Origin: Nitrosopumilaceae archaeon | Lineage (GTDB): Archaea > Thermoproteota > Nitrososphaeria > Nitrososphaerales > Nitrosopumilaceae | NCBI GenBank assembly: GCA_965209085.1 | Contig: OZ242376.1 | Span: 1,120,001-1,184,000, forward strand | DNA length: 64,000 nt | Direction of reading: 5' to 3' | Part shown: piece by piece, positions 43,842-53,929 of the stretch | Position numbering within the stretch: the first letter of the stretch is position 1 | Layout: every line of letters begins with the position of its first letter | The notes under the pieces: model-generated | What the model saw: only the letters and a program-made list of their open reading frames with translations | Database searches by the model: none | What the model was told of the DNA's origin: nothing | Program-made: the position numbers and the translations under genes

Positions 43842-44918
43842 TCATCCACCGCATTTCTCACGCAATACATCCCTTGCCTTTTGCAACGCCTCATCATTTG
43901 GAGTAATCTTCAAAGCCATATCTGCACATTCAAGTGCCTTATCATTCATCCCAAGTTTTACATAACAAAATGATTTCTCACTCCATGCTGCAGCGTAATC
44001 TGGTTTGACTTTTAATACAGCATTATACGCATCTAATGCCTCATGATACTGTCCCATACGGGATAACGCATTTGATTTACCATGCAGTGCAAGCATATTT
44101 GTAGAATCCGTCTGCAGCACCACATTAAAGCACTCTAGTGCTTTTTTATAATTTCCATAGTGTGCTAGAACATTTCCCCTGCTTGCCAAAGCATTTGTGA
44201 AACTTGAATCAATCTCCAATGCCCGCTCATAGCAGGATAATGCCTGCTCGAATTCACCCATGCTGTAGTGTATGTCGCCTTTGGCGTGAATTTCAGCTGG
44301 ATTATTAGGTGCCATTTTCATTGCCAAATTATTGTATTTTATCGCATTTTCATGATCACCTGATCTTAGATATATCTGCGAGATAAACTCTAGTGCATCA
44401 AGATTATCCGGCGAACATTTTAGAATTTTTTGTACAGCATTTATGCTCTCCTTTGGCCTATCTAGCATATCTAACGCATATGCTTTGTTAAAAAGTGCCA
44501 TAACACTTTCAGGTTTTAATTTCAACTCCATCTCAGAGTATTCAATTGTTTTCTCATAATGCCCCAAATTCCGGCAGATTGTGGCAATTGAATGCATAAT
44601 GGCAGGATCCGGCCTTGTGGACAATGTTTTTTTATAAATCTCCAATGCCTCCTCAAAGTGCTCGCCCACAAGCAATATCGTGGCCTTGTTGCAAAGGGCC
44701 TCAAAACTATTCGGATCTATTTTTAGCGCATCATTTACGTATTTTAAGGCGTTTGTACTCTGTCCAATCTTATGGTATGCCGTAGAGGCGTTTATCAGTA
44801 CGGCAATGTTGTTTTTTTCAACCTCTAGTATTTTCTCATAGTATTCTATGGCCTTTTCATAATTGCCAGATAAAGCGTGATCATATGCTAAATCAATCCA
44901 TTCTTCCATCTCGCTCAT
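43842..44918 (-). CDS. Tetratricopeptide repeat protein (about 10 TPRs)
   Basis: 34-aa periodic G....A...Y..AL...P pattern along the whole length; ATGA overlap with the upstream ATPase gene. Confidence 0.9.
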   Translation of the reverse strand: MSEMEEWIDLAYDHALSGNYEKAIEYYEKILEVEKNNIAVLINASTAYHKIGQSTNALKYVNDALKIDPNSFEALCNKATILLVGEHFEEALEIYKKTLSTRPDPAIMHSIATICRNLGHYEKTIEYSEMELKLKPESVMALFNKAYALDMLDRPKESINAVQKILKCSPDNLDALEFISQIYLRSGDHENAIKYNNLAMKMAPNNPAEIHAKGDIHYSMGEFEQALSCYERALEIDSSFTNALASRGNVLAHYGNYKKALECFNVVLQTDSTNMLALHGKSNALSRMGQYHEALDAYNAVLKVKPDYAAAWSEKSFCYVKLGMNDKALECADMALKITPNDEALQKARDVLREKCGG

Positions 44919-47900
44919 GAATCATCACCTTTTAGATCCTCGCTCTTTGAGGCTGATTGTCCATGCTGTTTATTTGGGGATGCTTTGGGTTTATAGTCAT
45001 CGGGTAAATCCACTACAAACGTGCGTACCTTGTCATACCCATCATCCAATTCCTCGCGTATTTCCTCAATTTTCTTACTAGAAGACCAGACATGGCACAT
45101 ATCAAAACCAAGTTTTATCCATTTGCTCATGTTAAATTTGACGTGCTCTGGATGCGATTTAACCTCGGTCTTTGATTCAATCTCAACTGATACGGACAAA
45201 CCAGTTGAATAATCATATGCTACAAGGTCTGGCCTTAAATCCCCGCTTTGTATTGCAAAGCATACAAACCATCCTTTTTTTCTATAGTAATCGACTGCCT
45301 GCTGCGCTATAAGCGGCGTCTCCTCGGACCTGCCAATCAGATAATAATTCAAATCAATGTACGCATCAAGTGCTCTTTTACTTAGAGAATATATGGGACT
45401 GCGCTTTACCTTTGGGTTTGGCATCTTTTGCACATACTCTAAATCATTTAAAGATGCCAAGGATGCAGATACATCATCGCGTGTGGATGCATTTACACCC
45501 CGGGTTATCTCAATTAGAATGTGGGGTCCATCTTGCAGATACAGGATTATCCTCCATTCCATTTCATACGGTAATGTTTGTGTGCAAGATTCCATCCATT
45601 TTTTGGTGCTGCGGGCCATTTCATCAGAGTTTGATGAATCTTGTATATCCTCAGGCTTTATTCCATATCTCTCCTTTGATGTTGTAATTATCTGCTGCAC
45701 CTGCATATCGTCAAGTTTGGGAATGGGGGGAGGCAGGGAATTTGTATAAGCTGGCATTCCAGATTCGTGTCCATCCGGCGCTTTTTGCCGTATGAAAAAC
45801 GCATGATCTGCCAATCCTGCAAGTGAATCGCGAAGTTTTTCAGAGTATGCTGGATCCACCATTAGTGCAATTTTGGATGCATCAAAGCCGGATAATCTGC
45901 CAAATATCATAGTAGAGCAATTCCCCATTATTCCCTCTAGTATTTTTCTCTCAATTTGTGAGGCATTCTGGTGTGCCAATATGAGGCCAAGTCCGTACCC
46001 TCTTGCCTGTGCAAGCAAAGTTCCGATAAGACCCATGTGCCCTATGCGCTGAAACTCATCAAGTGCCAAAACTACCGGAGTACGCTTGGTTCTGTCAGTT
46101 TCTGCAGCCCGTTTTTTTACAGCATGCCAGATTTTTGAAACAAGGGACATTAGTAAGATCTTGTGTGCATCCTCGGGAGTATCAGTGTCACTTATGCGGA
46201 TTAAAACCACAGTGCCGGGTTTTAATATTTGGCTGAATTTTACCGTCGTTTTTCTAACTCCAAAATGGCGGCGCAGATATTTATCAATTACAAACGGCTC
46301 TACGCGGTTTAGTATCGGAGTCCATGCATCAAATCTCAAGGATGCAGCTGACTCTAATGCCTGGATGAATTCTTTATTTGGAATGCGGTATTGGCGTTTT
46401 ATGCGCTCCAGTGCCCCGTTTTTTTTAAACAACATTACAAGATTATGCAAATCAGCCATGGTTGGAGAGTCTATGTTGTGGTATAAGAGCTGCAAGACCA
46501 GCTTGAAGAGCCGCTCCATTTGCACAAATGTCTGCGTTTGAGAGTAAAATTCCTTGAACATTTCAAGTATATGATCCACCATGAAGGAGACTGTTACGTC
46601 TCTTTCACCGTTTTTGTGCTCTGGGAGCTCTAGCAGATTTATTCCAAAATCCGTCTTTTTTATGTCCAAAAGGACTACATTTATGCCAGGCGGGGTGCAT
46701 TTTATAAATTCAAACGTGTCATCATCTTTGTTATCTATGCCGATATACGTGCACGGCATATCTGATGCAATTGATGCTATGATATGCGAGTAGAGGTTTA
46801 AGAGCAGTGTTGTTTTACCGCATCCAGATGATCCTAGAACGTACGTATGCCGGATTAGATCCTGAGGATCATATACTGTAACTTTGGATGTGGCTTTGAG
46901 TATTTGCCCGTATTGTACATTTTCTGCATTTATTTTCTTGTCAGTTCCTAAAATCCAGCCGCTGCGTTCAGGCGTGAGTGACTCATGATGCGGCCTGTTG
47001 TATCTTAACGGGAGTGCCTCATCGTATGGCATGTGGCATACAGTGTCTGTTAACTCTTTGGCAGTAACGCAAAAGAACGGAACCATGTCGCGGCCTCTGC
47101 CCCATTTTCCATCTTGCCATATTTTCTCATTGCGATATAGTTGGTTTATTGCCTCATCATCATATAGGATTCTAGACTTTAGATACTGTTCAAAATATTG
47201 GTGGCTCGGATACTGCATTAGGATGCCGCTATCCTGTTTTGAGCGCAGCTGTTTAGCTAGGCTTTGCATGATTTTCAGGTTTGCATCATACTCGTCTGCT
47301 TCAAAGATTCCGCGTATTCCCATTACGCAAAGATTCTCCTGTTCTCTTTGGATGTAATCCGGATATGCTATGCGCATGAATTCGGGTATTTTTTTATCGC
47401 TTGGGATTTTCACCTGGCGGTAGTTTGGTTTGAAATTAGAGCCCAAAGATCCCTGCAATTCAACCTTATCTTTTGTAATGTCAGTTATTGCATCCTGTAG
47501 TGCACTCAAATGCCTGCTGCATGCAGTATCAATTCTCTCATCGCGTACAAATAAAATCTGAATCCATGCATAGTTCATCTTTGAGATAGCCGAGATGATT
47601 GACTCTAGAAAATCAGTACTGTCATCACGCATGGGTGAAAAACTAAACATGTGTGAGAGCTCTATATCAAATGGTATTGTTTTTTTAGGTTTGCCTGCAG
47701 GTTCTGTCTGCTCTAGTATTTCATAATTTACAACGTTTAGCGAATTTGCGAAAAATTTCATATCGCCTTTAGGAGCTCCCAAGATTATACGCACTTGCTC
47801 AGATTGTGGCTCTTTCCATAATTCATATGCCCTTATTCTGTCAGTTACGATAGTTCTAGTTGGCTCTAATTTTTTACCAAATGTCGGATAAGCTTCTGCC

Positions 47901-48073
47901 AATTGTATTTCATATGCTGTGTGATTTGGAGGTTTTCTCATATTGTGCATGCCGCCGCCAAAAAAGTCAGGATCTAGTACTTTGATGGTTTTGCCGTTTT
48001 CTTTGATTTTTATCCATTTTTCAATTTGTACTAATCTGCCCAGCCAGTCTCTTTTGTATTGATGCCAAATCAC
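44915..48073 (-). CDS. HerA/VirD4(TraD)-like P-loop ATPase with C-terminal wHTH and PD-(D/E)xK-like domain
   Basis: HTYVLGSSGCGKTT (Walker A), VVLALDEFQ (Walker B), LAQARGYGLGLILAHQ (Arg finger/sensor); C-terminal RPDLVAYD...SVEIESK. Confidence 0.8.
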   Translation of the reverse strand: MIWHQYKRDWLGRLVQIEKWIKIKENGKTIKVLDPDFFGGGMHNMRKPPNHTAYEIQLAEAYPTFGKKLEPTRTIVTDRIRAYELWKEPQSEQVRIILGAPKGDMKFFANSLNVVNYEILEQTEPAGKPKKTIPFDIELSHMFSFSPMRDDSTDFLESIISAISKMNYAWIQILFVRDERIDTACSRHLSALQDAITDITKDKVELQGSLGSNFKPNYRQVKIPSDKKIPEFMRIAYPDYIQREQENLCVMGIRGIFEADEYDANLKIMQSLAKQLRSKQDSGILMQYPSHQYFEQYLKSRILYDDEAINQLYRNEKIWQDGKWGRGRDMVPFFCVTAKELTDTVCHMPYDEALPLRYNRPHHESLTPERSGWILGTDKKINAENVQYGQILKATSKVTVYDPQDLIRHTYVLGSSGCGKTTLLLNLYSHIIASIASDMPCTYIGIDNKDDDTFEFIKCTPPGINVVLLDIKKTDFGINLLELPEHKNGERDVTVSFMVDHILEMFKEFYSQTQTFVQMERLFKLVLQLLYHNIDSPTMADLHNLVMLFKKNGALERIKRQYRIPNKEFIQALESAASLRFDAWTPILNRVEPFVIDKYLRRHFGVRKTTVKFSQILKPGTVVLIRISDTDTPEDAHKILLMSLVSKIWHAVKKRAAETDRTKRTPVVLALDEFQRIGHMGLIGTLLAQARGYGLGLILAHQNASQIERKILEGIMGNCSTMIFGRLSGFDASKIALMVDPAYSEKLRDSLAGLADHAFFIRQKAPDGHESGMPAYTNSLPPPIPKLDDMQVQQIITTSKERYGIKPEDIQDSSNSDEMARSTKKWMESCTQTLPYEMEWRIILYLQDGPHILIEITRGVNASTRDDVSASLASLNDLEYVQKMPNPKVKRSPIYSLSKRALDAYIDLNYYLIGRSEETPLIAQQAVDYYRKKGWFVCFAIQSGDLRPDLVAYDYSTGLSVSVEIESKTEVKSHPEHVKFNMSKWIKLGFDMCHVWSSSKKIEEIREELDDGYDKVRTFVVDLPDDYKPKASPNKQHGQSASKSEDLKGDDS

Positions 48074-48326
48074 GCATTATAATGCACTTTGTAATAAAAA
48101 AGGTTATTGATCATTTAAGCGGTAATTATACATAAAGTATGCCTATTAATGCAAAAATTATACAGATATGTACGTGTAAGATGAAAATATGACACTGGGT
48201 CTATTTTAGTATAAAATATTCTTTTAAAAATCATATGAATATCATGATCGTATTAGATCATAAATATGAGATTAAAATTTTAAGTTCAGCATAATTTTTA
48301 AAATTTTGATAAAAATACAATAATTG

Positions 48327-48575
48327 GTACCTGTCTAGAGTTTTGAAGTTAAATTGGATAGATATTCTTCCAAATAATCATGAAAGTTCAGATTCCTCAA
48401 CCTGCACGTCCCCTTTATGCTCATCAATATCATGTGAGCTTTGGCTCCATCCTCTGAGCGGTGAGCATTTGTAATCTTGCGTATTACGACATTTGGTCAA
48501 ATCCCCTCTCTCGGCGGTATTGTTGTGTCAGTCAGTACCCGTTTTTTAGAAACGTAAAGGGCACATCTTTTTCTC
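48327..48575 (-). mobile_element. IS66-family 3' remnant (subtype 2)
   Basis: Minus-strand fragments NNTAERG and VVIRKITNAHRSEDGAKAHMILMSIKGTCRLRNLNFHDYL; terminus begins GTA. Confidence 0.65.
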
Positions 48576-48946
48576 GCACGTCCGATTTGCATCAGAGAGT
48601 AATATTTCTGAATTTTACCAACGTCTTGCAAAAAAAAGAGGATCATCCAAGGCCAAAGTTACAGCAGCTGCCAAGATGCTTGATATCATATTTCGTATGC
48701 TAAAGGATAGGAGTGAATTTGAAATACATCATAGTTAAAGCAACAAACCGCGGGTTAGACTTTGGGGATGTTACCCCGGCTGCATAACTGCGGTAAGCTT
48801 TAACATGTGGATAAAGATGGTTGTTGAATTAAATCCCGAATGGATAGATGTTTTTTCATCTTTTGGTTGGAAACAGACACATAGCGAAAGCCATGCCGCA
48901 TGACACAAAAAAGCAAGAAACCCTTAAAATGTATTCACATGGATAA
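48576..48946 (+). mobile_element. IS110-family 3' remnant (copy A) with its non-coding right end
   Basis: HVRFASESNISEFYQRLAKKRGSSKAKVTAAAKMLDIIFRMLK is homologous to the C-terminus of the 52320 transposase; it ends in CACATGGATAA like copy B. Confidence 0.8.
48739..48943 (+). ncRNA. Predicted IS110 bridge/seek RNA (copy A)
   Basis: Stem CCGCGG/CTGCGG with two 10-nt loop strands around a GGGG/CCCC hairpin, followed by a second loop with ATGGTTGT and ATGGATA. The scaffold is shared with copy B. Boundaries are approximate. Confidence 0.65.
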
Positions 48947-49009
48947 GGTCTAATGATTTCACACCATTGAATCATTTTCAAACAAATAAACCTCGATTAT
49001 ATGTAAAAA

Positions 49010-49657
49010 TCAATCTTTGGGAATTATTGCATTTTTTATATCTGTGTCTACCTTATCTTTATTACTCACAATAATTTGTCTACAAATTGGTCCGGAAGTC
49101 CATGCGTCTCGAACTTCACGGTTCTCTTGATATATTTTAGCAATGTTATTAATTTGTTCATTAGTAAAATAAGAACAATCACTCAAAAATTTTGCATTAG
49201 CATTTGCTTCCCTATAACTTGTCGACGTTTTGAGTGTTTTTATCTGTTCATCTAATGCCAATACACCGTCATTTACATATCGTATCAATCCATGACTTAG
49301 TTCATTAATTTCGGAATTTTTTATTTCAGGAGATATTATTTTAGCATGATATTGTCGCATAAATCCATATGGTTCCAGGTCATCAATACGAACAGTATAA
49401 ATTCTCTTATTATTTGCTATGGCATATCCAACTTCATGATCAGTGTATTCTGCACTACGAAAATTATTTGATAGTAAAACCATAAATAATTCACATTTTT
49501 CTATTTGTGCTTTTAATTCATTTAACCAAATATCTGATATGATTAGATCCTTGGAAGATATGAAAACGTCTATGTTTTGTTCGCTGAGTTTATCGTGAAG
49601 TGTATTGGCCACTTCTTTATCCTTATCTGCATAACTAAGAAATACACTGACCATCAT
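49010..49657 (-). CDS. TIR-domain protein with a helical C-terminal domain
   Basis: VFLSY.DKD, VFIS, W..E..IEKCELFMVLLS.NF..AEYTDHEVGYA, with the catalytic Glu retained. The ATG at 49657 is preferred over the TTG at 49702. Confidence 0.88.
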   Translation of the reverse strand: MMVSVFLSYADKDKEVANTLHDKLSEQNIDVFISSKDLIISDIWLNELKAQIEKCELFMVLLSNNFRSAEYTDHEVGYAIANNKRIYTVRIDDLEPYGFMRQYHAKIISPEIKNSEINELSHGLIRYVNDGVLALDEQIKTLKTSTSYREANANAKFLSDCSYFTNEQINNIAKIYQENREVRDAWTSGPICRQIIVSNKDKVDTDIKNAIIPKD

Positions 49658-49733
49658 AATTTGTATTAAATTATATGATATGTAAGTATAGTGATACGCC
49701 AAAGTTCATGAGCGTTTGACCGTTTATGTATAC

Positions 49734-50992
49734 TAGATGTCTTACGTAATAAAAAATTCGGCATAACAATATATTGTGCCTAATAATTAAAGTGTTATGT
49801 TAAAAAATCACATTCTGGAATATGATTTACAGTTAATCTAAGACAATACGCCACATGTCAATTATGTGATCACCGTTTGCAGTAATTCATGTTGGAACAA
49901 TGTAGGTTTGCAAACCCACGCGACAACATGTACATCTGGTCAATATCGGGCGTGCAGTATGATGTTATAATGAGCGTGCCCACTCATTTTTGTAATTTAT
50001 TAATCCGTTTACAACCTGCACGATTCCATCATATTTATCAAATCGTGATCGGAATACATCTCGGCGTATGTTGAATTTCTTAATTCTGCTGTAAACATGT
50101 TCTATCCGTACACGTACGCTTGAGAGTAATTTATTGTGAAATATTTGTTCGCGGGTTCTCTTTTTATTTTTATATTTTTTACAGGGTATGATCGAATTTG
50201 CTTGTGGAAACGCGTCATGTATTCCCTGATATGCACTATCATAGAGATTTGAAACAGAATTCAACAGATCCTGCGTAATTTTGTTTTCACACTGCAGTGG
50301 GTGGTTCTCTTTTACAATGGCATAATCGTGTACACTGCCAGGATATGACATTGAGCTATACAAGATCATTCCGTTTCCGTTTATGACTTCTGTTGTTTTT
50401 CTGGTATGTGTTTTGTGCTTGCCAGAATAGTTTTTCTTTTGTTCTTCCTTGTCACTTGGACGCCATACCCGTTGTTCGGTAGCATCTGTAACGCAATAAT
50501 TGTCAGGAAAATTCTTTTCAAGATCTTTGGAAGATTTTATTTCTAAAACTTGTTTGTGTAGTTTATGTGGAGTTGGAAGAATATCTGCCAATATCTTTAG
50601 AATCATGCCTATGTTTCGTTGTACATTACTTTGATCCAAGTCAAACATGTATCCTATTTTTTCATACGACTGGTATTCTCGTAAATAAACAAGCGTCATT
50701 ATTAACCGATCTGGCAGTGACAAGTGATGTTTCCTGCCTCCTCCTGGACTTCGTTGTCTTTCTGCTGCATCTGCAACATCCAGCTGGCATTCAAGATATT
50801 TTTTACGTATGCCAGGAATCAAGGAATCAAATTCTTCGACCGTAAGACCGGTAAACGCCTTGAATGCACGCGGTTTTTTGCGCATTGTCGTTTCTGAGAA
50901 CACAAAACACAGTAAACATGCATGAAAATAGATCGATGTGATCTAAAAGTTTGGACTGCATGATTGAATTTCTTTATTACGCAAGGCATCTA
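49734..50992 (-). mobile_element. IS5-family (ISL2-like) element, apparently intact
   Basis: TIRs TAGATGTCTTACGTAATAAA and TAGATGCCTTGCGTAATAAA bracket a full transposase gene. Confidence 0.88.
49965..50903 (-). CDS. IS5-family DDE transposase
   Basis: FTGLTVEEF, GGGRK and an HTH, then DATEQ, YSGKHKTH, GSVHD, DSAYQG and RVRIEH. Confidence 0.9.
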   Translation of the reverse strand: MFSETTMRKKPRAFKAFTGLTVEEFDSLIPGIRKKYLECQLDVADAAERQRSPGGGRKHHLSLPDRLIMTLVYLREYQSYEKIGYMFDLDQSNVQRNIGMILKILADILPTPHKLHKQVLEIKSSKDLEKNFPDNYCVTDATEQRVWRPSDKEEQKKNYSGKHKTHTRKTTEVINGNGMILYSSMSYPGSVHDYAIVKENHPLQCENKITQDLLNSVSNLYDSAYQGIHDAFPQANSIIPCKKYKNKKRTREQIFHNKLLSSVRVRIEHVYSRIKKFNIRRDVFRSRFDKYDGIVQVVNGLINYKNEWARSL

Positions 50993-50993
50993 C

Positions 50994-52111
50994 TATACTG
51001 ACACGCAAAAGTAACTGCAATTTATGACTCTAGGCACAATGTAACCGCAAGATATTTGGATCACCTCGTGTATGAATCAATCATGAACAAAGAACATCAG
51101 GAACTGTATAATGCAAGCAGGCATGTCAAAGATGTACGAGAAAACGAAAAAATACATTTTGTAAGCATGGTCAAATACCAAAACATATCCATAGCTAAAG
51201 CTTCTGAATTATTGATGAAAAGCTACAACTGGGGCAAAGAATGCATGCAACGATATGACGAGCTTGGATTAGACGGTCTTAAAATCCTGCCCAAATCGGG
51301 CAGGCCTTTATTATTATCAAATATACGATTTAAAAAAATTATTGACATGACAAGACGAGAGAACGGTTCAGTTGATCCAAAACAGGTAATGCACAACATT
51401 AAACGCAAAACCGGAGTAAAATATCACATATCAAATATCAAATATCAGAAAAAGACTCCACAAATTCTCATGTCAGCAAGGCTCCAAAAAGAATTCATGT
51501 CAATGCAGCGCCAGCATCAGTCTGCTACAACGGGTCACAAAACACTAGGCGTCAAATACGCCTACTTGAAGAGCGTGGATTTGCAGTAGGCGTTCAGGAT
51601 GAATGTATAATAAAATACGATTCATTATCCGGCAAGAAACTCTGGATTGAAATAAGCAAAAATTGTTACGTAAAATCCACAGGTTCTCACAAAAAAGTTG
51701 TTGTCTTTGGAGTACTCTTATAGGATGGCAGGCAGATGTTTGCAAGCTTTGATTTGTTTGATGCAAAACCATTTCTCAAATTTTTAAAAATGGCTCATCA
51801 AAAATTTGGAAAAATTTGCATGATTGTGAATAAAGCTGCACAACACAGAAAATCCAAAATTATTAAAAAATATATCTCCGAGCACAAAGATGAGGTAAAG
51901 CTTTTGTTTTTCCCAAGTTTACCGTTTCTGAGTGCCGTTGAAGAATGCTGGCATCAGGCCAAACGTGTGTTGGTCGTCTCTGAATATTATGAAACATTTG
52001 AGAATATGAAATACGCAATTTCAGAATATTTTAGAACTGTACGATTCAAAGTATCAATCATGGATTTTATTATGAGAAAAGCTGCAGAATGCAGTTACTT
52101 TTGATCCGCAG
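50994..52111 (+). mobile_element. Decayed IS630-family element
   Basis: HTH ORF at 51056 (GLDGLKILPKSGRP) and DDE fragments (VQDEC; MIVNKAAQH with D>N; PFLSAVEECW); inverted repeat CAAAAGTAACTGCA at both ends. Confidence 0.8.
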
Positions 52112-52114
52112 TTA

Positions 52115-52319
52115 TCCATGTGCCTCTTTTTTAAGTATTTCATGCGTTTTTCCATATTTTTGTACAGTATCCACTAGGGGCTATTTTTCCAATTAAAGAA
52201 TGAGAGACATATATCCATTCGGGGCATTATCCCCACAACCATCTTCATCCACTTGTTAGAGCTTACCGCAGTTAGAATCTCGGAGCACTATCTCCATATA
52301 CTGCGCCGCGGCCGTGCAA
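52115..52319 (-). ncRNA. Predicted IS110 bridge/seek RNA (copy B)
   Basis: Loop 1 is CCGCGG-CGCAGTATAT-GGAG/CTCC-GAGATTCTAA-CTGCGG. Loop 2 is AGATGGTTGT-GGGG/CCCC-GAATGGATAT, which matches the donor junction ATGGATAACCAT. Confidence 0.75.
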
Positions 52320-53441
52320 CTAACTGTAATTTTGTTCAAAATCCCGATTCTCCTTTAGCAACCAGTAAATCACCTTTAGCATTTTTCCAGCTGCTGCAAC
52401 TGCAGCCTTAGAGTTTCCTCTCTTTCTTGCAAGCCGCTTGTAAAATATTGAAATGTCACTTTTTGGTGCATGCAGTACGTGCGAGCGTATTGCCTCAACT
52501 AGAACCCACCTGAGCATTCTGCTTCCTCTTTTTGTTATGTGTCCATGATGTACGAGATTGGCAGAATTGCGGACCGATGGTGCAAGTCCTGCGTATGATT
52601 TTAGCTTTTCAGGATCAGAGAATCTCTCAACATTATCAATCTCAGATGCAATCGTTAATGCCGTAAAATCTGCAATTCCGGGGACAGTTTTGAGTATATC
52701 GGCATACCGGCTTGTACGTGCACTCTTGTAGATCAGTACATTGGCTTTTTGTATCTGATTGTCATAAAGGCCAACGGATGCAAGAAAACCGTCTATTCGA
52801 TAGTCGTTTATGGCTTAAAGGCTTGCAATGTATTTGTACGAAAACGTACGTCCTGGAATTTTAATTCCTTTTTGGAGCAGTATTCCATGTATGGAATTTT
52901 TCATATTTGTTCTCGCCTGTACAAGTTTGTGCCTGTATCGGACCAGTTGTCTTTGCTCTACAATCTTTTTACCTGGAACATGGCACTCGTTGATATATCC
53001 TCCTCGCAGCAAATTTGCCAAAATTTGCGCATCAACTTTGTCTGTTTTTTTAGTGGATGCGGCAATGGCCTTTGTCTGATATGGGTTTGAGAGAATCACA
53101 TCAAGATTTAGTCTATCGGTCATGTATCGGAACAGTCCGTACCAGACAGATGATGACTCCATTACCATCTTTGAACCCTCTGGTATGCTTGTTTGGAAAA
53201 ACTTTCTAATGTCCGCGTGTCTGTTTTCAACACGCGTGTTTAAGATCAGTTTGCCTTTGCCGTCAATTGCTGCTATCTGGAGAAATTCTTTATGGGCGTC
53301 AATTCCAACAAACATGGATTTCCTATTAAATGCCCTAGTGTTTTTGTTTGCATTTTGGGCTTTGTTTTTGGGCTTGCGTTTGTTGACTAATACGGATTTA
53401 TCATTTAAGCAACCATCTGAATTCCTTGATTTCTTGGGCAC
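52320..53441 (-). pseudogene. IS110 recombinase interrupted by one in-frame TAA at 52815
   Basis: GIDAHK, MESS and KTDKVDA (DEDD); the same frame continues after the stop with TVPGI, YAGLAPSVRNSA, GHITKRGS and AAAGKML. Confidence 0.88.
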
Positions 53442-53687
53442 ATATGGTTAGGTATGCTACGTTGACATTTTAGTATTATTGCTATTGCATTAATTTCATT
53501 AATCATACCAGGCACACATTTAGCATATGTGTTTTATTCAGAATCAGATGATCTATACAATGGTGATCAATACAATACAGATCAGTTTAAAGATAAATTA
53601 TTAGCATTAGGCACATTTTTGCCATTTCTCAGAAATGATATTTTTCAAGTTGAATTAACATACGGTTATGATGCAGTGGGATTTTAT

Positions 53688-53929
53688 GTAAATGGCTAAT
53701 CCTACAAACCCCTCTCAGAGGATTTTAACCAATTCTGTGTGCGGATTGATACCCCTCATACGCATGGTCTCATAAAAGGCCAGAATAACACCAAACCTTC
53801 TCATGCCTTTTGCATTTTTCAGTCTTCCCTATTCCTTGCGGTACGGTGCGACAGGACATATTGCACGCTCGGCTGCATTGTTTGTCGGTGCCATTCCAGG
53901 ATGCTACAAAAACGTAAACAAATTGGGTG
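53688..53929 (-). mobile_element. IS66-family right-end remnant (subtype 1)
   Basis: GTAAATGGCTAATCC terminus; DNA homologous to 42800-42945 and 61870-62114. Confidence 0.75.

Larger units (their letters stand above)
52112..53450 (-). mobile_element. Full-length IS110-family element (copy B; IS1111-like layout with a long non-coding 3' end)
   Basis: TAA core at both ends (52112-52114 and 53448-53450); sub-terminal IR ATGTGCC/GGCACAT; DEDD transposase. Confidence 0.85.

Noticed and set aside
7267-48073. NurA-like and HerA-like genes as a split HerA-NurA pair
   Set aside because: They are about 37 kb apart, and the ATPase has a different multi-domain architecture; nothing in the sequence links them.
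53500-53550. Alternative IS110 left end at about 53537, where GATTCT matches a loop-1 strand
   Set aside because: The end at 53450 is better supported by the sub-terminal IR and an 8-nt donor-guide match; the 6-nt match is probably chance.
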